Of a stretch of DNA of 64,000 bases, positions 60,172-64,000 are shown piece by piece (position 1 is the stretch's first letter; each line of letters opens with the position of its first letter). The DNA is from an uncultured Actinomycetes bacterium. GTDB taxonomy: Bacteria > Actinomycetota > Thermoleophilia > Gaiellales > Gaiellaceae. Where the stretch lies: the NCBI GenBank assembly GCA_963830835.1, contig CAWHNJ010000022.1, forward strand, positions 67,434-131,433. Reading direction: 5' to 3'. The position numbers were made by a program, and so were the translations under genes. The notes beneath the pieces were generated by a model. It had not been told where the DNA came from and searched no databases. It was given only the letters and a program-made list of their open reading frames with translations.

Positions 60172-61148
60172 GACCCGACCTCCGTTGCGAACTCGCGTCG
60201 GTCGTATGGCTCGGGGAAGGGCGCGTCGAGGGCTGCTTGCTCGATCCCGTCGAGGGCTCGCTCGACCTCGTCCCGGATCGCAGCGACGTCGGCCTCCTCG
60301 AGCCCATACTCGTCGCGGAGCCGCTCGGCCGCGACGGCGAGCGGATCGCGCTGCTTCCAGCGGTCGAGCTCCCCCTCGGGACGGTACTTGCCGGGATCGC
60401 TACGCGAGTGGCCGACGAAGCGGTACGTCGCGGCCTCCACGAACTGAGGCCCGCTTCCGCCTCGGGCCTTCTCGACGACCTCTGCCGCGACAGCGCGAAC
60501 GGCCCAGACGTCCATGCCGTCGACTGCCGACGTGGGAATCTCGAGCGCGGCCGCCCGGGGCTGGATCCCTCCCGGCGTCACCGCCTCCGTGGGCGTGTAC
60601 TCGCCGTAGCGGTTGTTCTCGCAGACGAAGACGACCGGCAACGCGAAGACCTTCGCGAAGTTGAGGCACTCGAAGAAGTAGCCGTGGTTCGCGGTGCCGT
60701 CTCCGAAGTACGCGACCGCGACATGCCCCGTGCCGCGAAGTGCGAGTGCCGCTCCGGTGGCTGCCGCCATGCTGCCGCCCACGATCCCGTAGCAGCCCAT
60801 GACGCCATGGTCCGGATCGACGACGTTCATCGAACCGGCGAGCCCGCCGTTCACGCCCGAGGCGCGCCCGAGCAGCTCGGCGAGCAGCTCCGTCGGGTCG
60901 GTGCCCATGGCGAGGAGATGTCCATGCCCGCGGTAGGTGCACGCGACACGGTCGCCGTCGCCGAGCACGCTCGCGAAACCGACGGCGACCGCCTCTTGGC
61001 CGGAGTACAGATGCGTCGTGCCGTACACCTCGCCCCGCAGGAAGAGGCTCTGGACGCGTTCCTCGAAGCCGCGGATGAGCAGCATGCGGCGGTAGAGGTC
61101 CGCCGCCAGGCCGGCTTCGACTGCAGCGGTCGCGGCCTTGGTCGCCAT
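60168..61148 (-). CDS. TPP-dependent 2-oxoacid dehydrogenase E1 alpha subunit (set 2)
   Basis: LYRRMLLIRGFEERVQSLFLRGEVYGTTHLYSGQEAVAVG...YFGDGTANHGYFFECLNFAKVFALPVVFVCENNRYGE. Intact. Confidence 0.93.
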   Translation of the reverse strand: MATKAATAAVEAGLAADLYRRMLLIRGFEERVQSLFLRGEVYGTTHLYSGQEAVAVGFASVLGDGDRVACTYRGHGHLLAMGTDPTELLAELLGRASGVNGGLAGSMNVVDPDHGVMGCYGIVGGSMAAATGAALALRGTGHVAVAYFGDGTANHGYFFECLNFAKVFALPVVFVCENNRYGEYTPTEAVTPGGIQPRAAALEIPTSAVDGMDVWAVRAVAAEVVEKARGGSGPQFVEAATYRFVGHSRSDPGKYRPEGELDRWKQRDPLAVAAERLRDEYGLEEADVAAIRDEVERALDGIEQAALDAPFPEPYDRREFATEVGS

Positions 61149-61153
61149 CGCGT

Positions 61154-62455
61154 CTAGGAGACTTCGAGCGGGTCCTTCGCGACGCGGCCGTCGACGACGT
61201 CGACGCCGCGGACGTACGTCTTGCCTGTCACGAGCAGCTCGTCGGCCGGGAAGCGCGTGATCACGTCGCAGCCATCGGCCGTGACGACGACCTCTTCCTC
61301 GATGCGAGCGGCCGACCGGCCGTCGCTCGCCGGACAGTACGTCTCGAGGGCAAACACCATCCCGGCCTCGAGCTCGGCCGGCGCGTCCATCGAGTGCAGC
61401 CGCGAGATCATCGGGAACTCGTAGAGCCCGACGCCCAGCCCGTGGCCGAACTGCAGGCCGAACGCGGCTCGCTCGTCCTGCATGCCGATCTCCTCCGCGG
61501 TGGGCCACGCCTCGGCGATCTCGTCCGTCGTCGCGCCGGGCCTGACGAGCTCGATCGCCGCGTCGAGCCACTCCCGGCAGCGCTTGTAGGCATCGATCTG
61601 GGACGGCGTCGCGTAGCCGACGTTGAACGTGCGGTAGTAGCACGTCCGGTAACCCATGAAGGAGTGGATGATGTCGAAGAACGCCTGGTCCCCCGGCCTG
61701 ATCAACCGGTCCGAGAAGGTGTGCGGATGGGGGTTGCAGCGGTCACCGGAGATTGCGTTGATCGCCTCCACGTGCTCGGAGCCGAGCTCGAACAGGAGCC
61801 TCATGGCCGCCGCGACCACCTCGCTCTCCTTCACGCCCGGACGCAGCATCCGGTAGATCTCCTCGTAGACCGCGTCGACGATTCCCGCGGCGTGGTCGAG
61901 CAGGGCGAGCTCGTCCTCCGTCTTGATCTTCCTGGCCTCGAGCATCACCGGCTGCGAGTCGACAAGGTGGAGCCCGGCGCGCTGGAGCGCGAGGAGCGTC
62001 GTCATGTCGGGCACGTCCACGCCGAGGGGCTCGCCCGCCAAGCCGCGCTCTGAGAGCTCGTGGTGGACCATGGACGCGAGCGCGTCCGGTACGCCCGTCT
62101 CGTCGGGCATCGCCCCGCGCATCGGCGAGACCCAGGCCTGCCAGCTCGACTCGGGAAGCCAGGGGCAATAGAGCTTGTGATGGCGCGCCGCCGAGCCGAA
62201 GTCCCAGAGCACCGGGTCCTCCTCGCGGAACACGAGCGCGAAGCGGATGTTCTTGTCACGCTCCCAGGTGCCGATCGCGGTGCTCGTGACGTAACGCAGG
62301 TTGTTGGGGTCGAACAGCAGCAGCGCCCCCAGCTCGGAAGCTGCGAGCTGGGCCTTCGTCTTCTCCAGGCGCACCGCACGCAGACGCGCGAAGTCGACAC
62401 GCTGCTCCCAGTCGACCGCCATTGTCGCGCCGCGCGAAGCGATGGTCATCATCAT
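61154..62455 (-). CDS. M24-family metallohydrolase (creatinase / Xaa-Pro peptidase / ectoine-hydrolase-like)
   Basis: Creatinase-like N-terminal domain plus pita-bread fold: RPGDQAFFDIIHSFMGYRTCYYRTF...FGHGLGVGLYEFP...GMVFALETY...IEEEVVVT. Intact, 433 aa. Confidence 0.85.
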   Translation of the reverse strand: MMMTIASRGATMAVDWEQRVDFARLRAVRLEKTKAQLAASELGALLLFDPNNLRYVTSTAIGTWERDKNIRFALVFREEDPVLWDFGSAARHHKLYCPWLPESSWQAWVSPMRGAMPDETGVPDALASMVHHELSERGLAGEPLGVDVPDMTTLLALQRAGLHLVDSQPVMLEARKIKTEDELALLDHAAGIVDAVYEEIYRMLRPGVKESEVVAAAMRLLFELGSEHVEAINAISGDRCNPHPHTFSDRLIRPGDQAFFDIIHSFMGYRTCYYRTFNVGYATPSQIDAYKRCREWLDAAIELVRPGATTDEIAEAWPTAEEIGMQDERAAFGLQFGHGLGVGLYEFPMISRLHSMDAPAELEAGMVFALETYCPASDGRSAARIEEEVVVTADGCDVITRFPADELLVTGKTYVRGVDVVDGRVAKDPLEVS

Positions 62456-62709
62456 CTCCTAGAACTCGGCCTGTTCAGCGATTCTGCACACGGCTCTCCC
62501 GAGAGTCAACTCGCCCGATCGCCCGGAAACACGCTGCTTGACTCGCCGCGGGCAACGGACTAGCGTTGAGAGGCAATGGACAGCGAGCGCCAGACGTTCG
62601 ATGTCGCTGGACACCGTAACGGTGCTCGCTCGAAGTCTCGACCAAGCCGCGGAGACGGCCCGTCGGCCGCGGAACCTCGCGTGTCTTCGCCCACGAAGGA
62701 GGGTGACGA

Positions 62710-63712
62710 ATGTCGAAAGCACTGATCCGTCGCCGCACGGCGATCATGGCGGTCGTTGCGGCGAGCGCCGTAGCCGCCGCAGCCGTCGCGACGGGAGCGA
62801 GTGGTAGCGCTCAGCGTCCCAAGGTCGCGTTCATGTCGTTCGCCGTCGCGAACAGCTACGACGCACCGATGCTCAAGGCCGCGAAGGACGTCGCGAGGAA
62901 GAACCGCGCGACCGTCGACGGTCTTCGATGCTGCGAACGACCCGAAGAAGCAGTTCTCGCAGCTCCAGACGGTGATCTCGTCGAAGCAGTACGACGCGAT
63001 CCTCGTGCAGCCCATCTTCGGGCCGCAGCTGATCCCGCTCGTCAAGCAGGCGATCAAGGCCGGCATCAAGGTCGTGAACGTCGACCAGATCCTGGGTACG
63101 AACCCGGGAACGGCACGACCGCCCGTGGCCGGGATGTCTGGCAACGTCGTGTTCATCCAGACCCAGATCGGCAGGAAGCAGGGCGCGCTCGTCGCCGCGG
63201 CGTGCAAGGCGAACAAGCTCAACCCGTGCAACGTCGGCTACCTCTACTCAGTGAAGGTGTCCTCCCTCGACACGGCGATCCGGAACGGCTTCAACAGCGT
63301 CATCAAGGCGAACCCGAACATCAAGGTCGTCGCCGAGGGCGAGACGTTCTACCAGCACGCAGTCGCGCTGAAGGCGGCGCAGACGATGCTTCAGGCCCAG
63401 TCCGACATCAACCTCATCGTGGGCGCCGACCAGGGTGCGACCGGCGCCGAGCTGGCCGCGGGCGACAAGAAGATCGTGCTCGTCGGCTACGGCGGAGGCC
63501 AGGTCGGCCTGAACGCCGTCAAGGCCGGCCGCTGGTACGGCACCGTCATGCAGCGTCCTGCTACCGAGGGAAGGCTCGGGATGCAATGCGCGGTCGCCGC
63601 CGTGAAGACGAAGCGGCGCTGTGGCGGCATCGACGTCCTGAAGAGCCTGCCTCAAGGCGGGGTCGTGACGAAGGCCAACGTCTCGAAGTTCAAGGCGGAG
63701 TGGCCGGGCTAG
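62710..63712 (+). CDS. ABC sugar transporter periplasmic binding protein (Peripla_BP_4 type), frameshift near 62920
   Basis: GAAGGAGGG SD. Signal MSKALIRRRTAIMAVVAASAVAAAAVATGASG. Then KVAFMSFAVANSYDAPMLKAAKD / VFDAANDPKKQFSQLQTVISSKQYDAILVQP...GIKVVNVDQ... Confidence 0.8.
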
Positions 63713-63722
63713 GTCGACCACG

Positions 63723-64000
63723 ATGCACCTGAGCGCGACGGCGTGGCCCACCTCGAGCTCCAGAGTCGTCTCGAAGCACTTCGGAGGCGTCCGCGCGCTC
63801 GACGACGTGTCGGTCACGGTCACGCTCGGCACGGTCCACGCCATCGTCGGTGAGAACGGCGCGGGCAAGTCGACGCTCGGCCGGATAGTCGCCGGCGTTC
63901 ACTCCGCGGACGGAGGTCGGATGCTCCTCGACGGAGCACCGACCTCCTTCCGCTCGCCGCGAGAGGCACTCGACCACGGCGTGGCGGCGATCGCGCCAGG
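63723..64000 (+). CDS. ABC sugar transporter ATP-binding protein (5' part; possible N-terminal frameshift)
   Basis: VSKHFGGVRALDDVSVTVTLGTVHAIVGENGAGKSTLGRIVAGV...FRSPREALDHGVAAI. An alternative start, GTG ~63746 (VAHLELQS), lies in another frame. Confidence 0.8.
   Translation, partial: MHLSATAWPTSSSRVVSKHFGGVRALDDVSVTVTLGTVHAIVGENGAGKSTLGRIVAGVHSADGGRMLLDGAPTSFRSPREALDHGVAAIAP

Overview
A 64 kb, roughly 70% GC window that looks actinobacterial (possibly Thermoleophilia or Rubrobacteria-like; this is a guess from GC content and gene content only). I found no rRNA, tRNA, CRISPR array, transposase or integrase.

Gene content, left to right:
1. **1-19.7 kb, butyryl/isobutyryl-CoA and B12 block:** etfBA, a split acyl-CoA mutase, a B12-binding domain joined in frame to crotonase, PduO adenosyltransferase, acyl-CoA dehydrogenase, 3-hydroxybutyryl-CoA dehydrogenase, thiolase and carbamate kinase. 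Envelope and transport genes are interspersed.
2. **19.8-32.7 kb, the most unusual region:** an Ig-repeat protein, a decayed PIN toxin-antitoxin module, then an ECF sigma/anti-sigma pair. This pair heads a translationally coupled operon in which six tandem paralogs of an unrecognised secreted two-domain family, plus one orphan fragment, are interleaved with a MoxR-DUF58-vWA (Bat-like) module.
3. **33.7-37.6 kb:** two divergent units that both carry cyclic-nucleotide-binding domains, an ABC ATPase-cNMP fusion with an FtsX permease and a cNMP-patatin lipase.
4. **37.6-46.3 kb:** a 2-oxoacid dehydrogenase-like E1 alpha/beta pair followed by a lipoyl-PSBD protein whose catalytic domain is a hexapeptide-repeat acyltransferase. 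It sits next to two alkaline-phosphatase-superfamily enzymes, a BBE-type FAD oxidase and an AraC regulator.
5. **46.3-64 kb, a catabolic island:** FAD monooxygenase, GFA, amidohydrolase, MetE-like protein, a beta-hydroxyacid dehydrogenase, bicupin, SDR, a complete E1 alpha/E2/E1 beta set with two XRE-cupin regulators, an M24 hydrolase and the start of a sugar ABC transporter.

About 60 single-base frameshifts interrupt otherwise well-conserved genes, and they are unevenly distributed. Many coordinates below therefore join two or three ORF-track pieces. No homology search could be run, so all calls rest on motifs recognised by eye.
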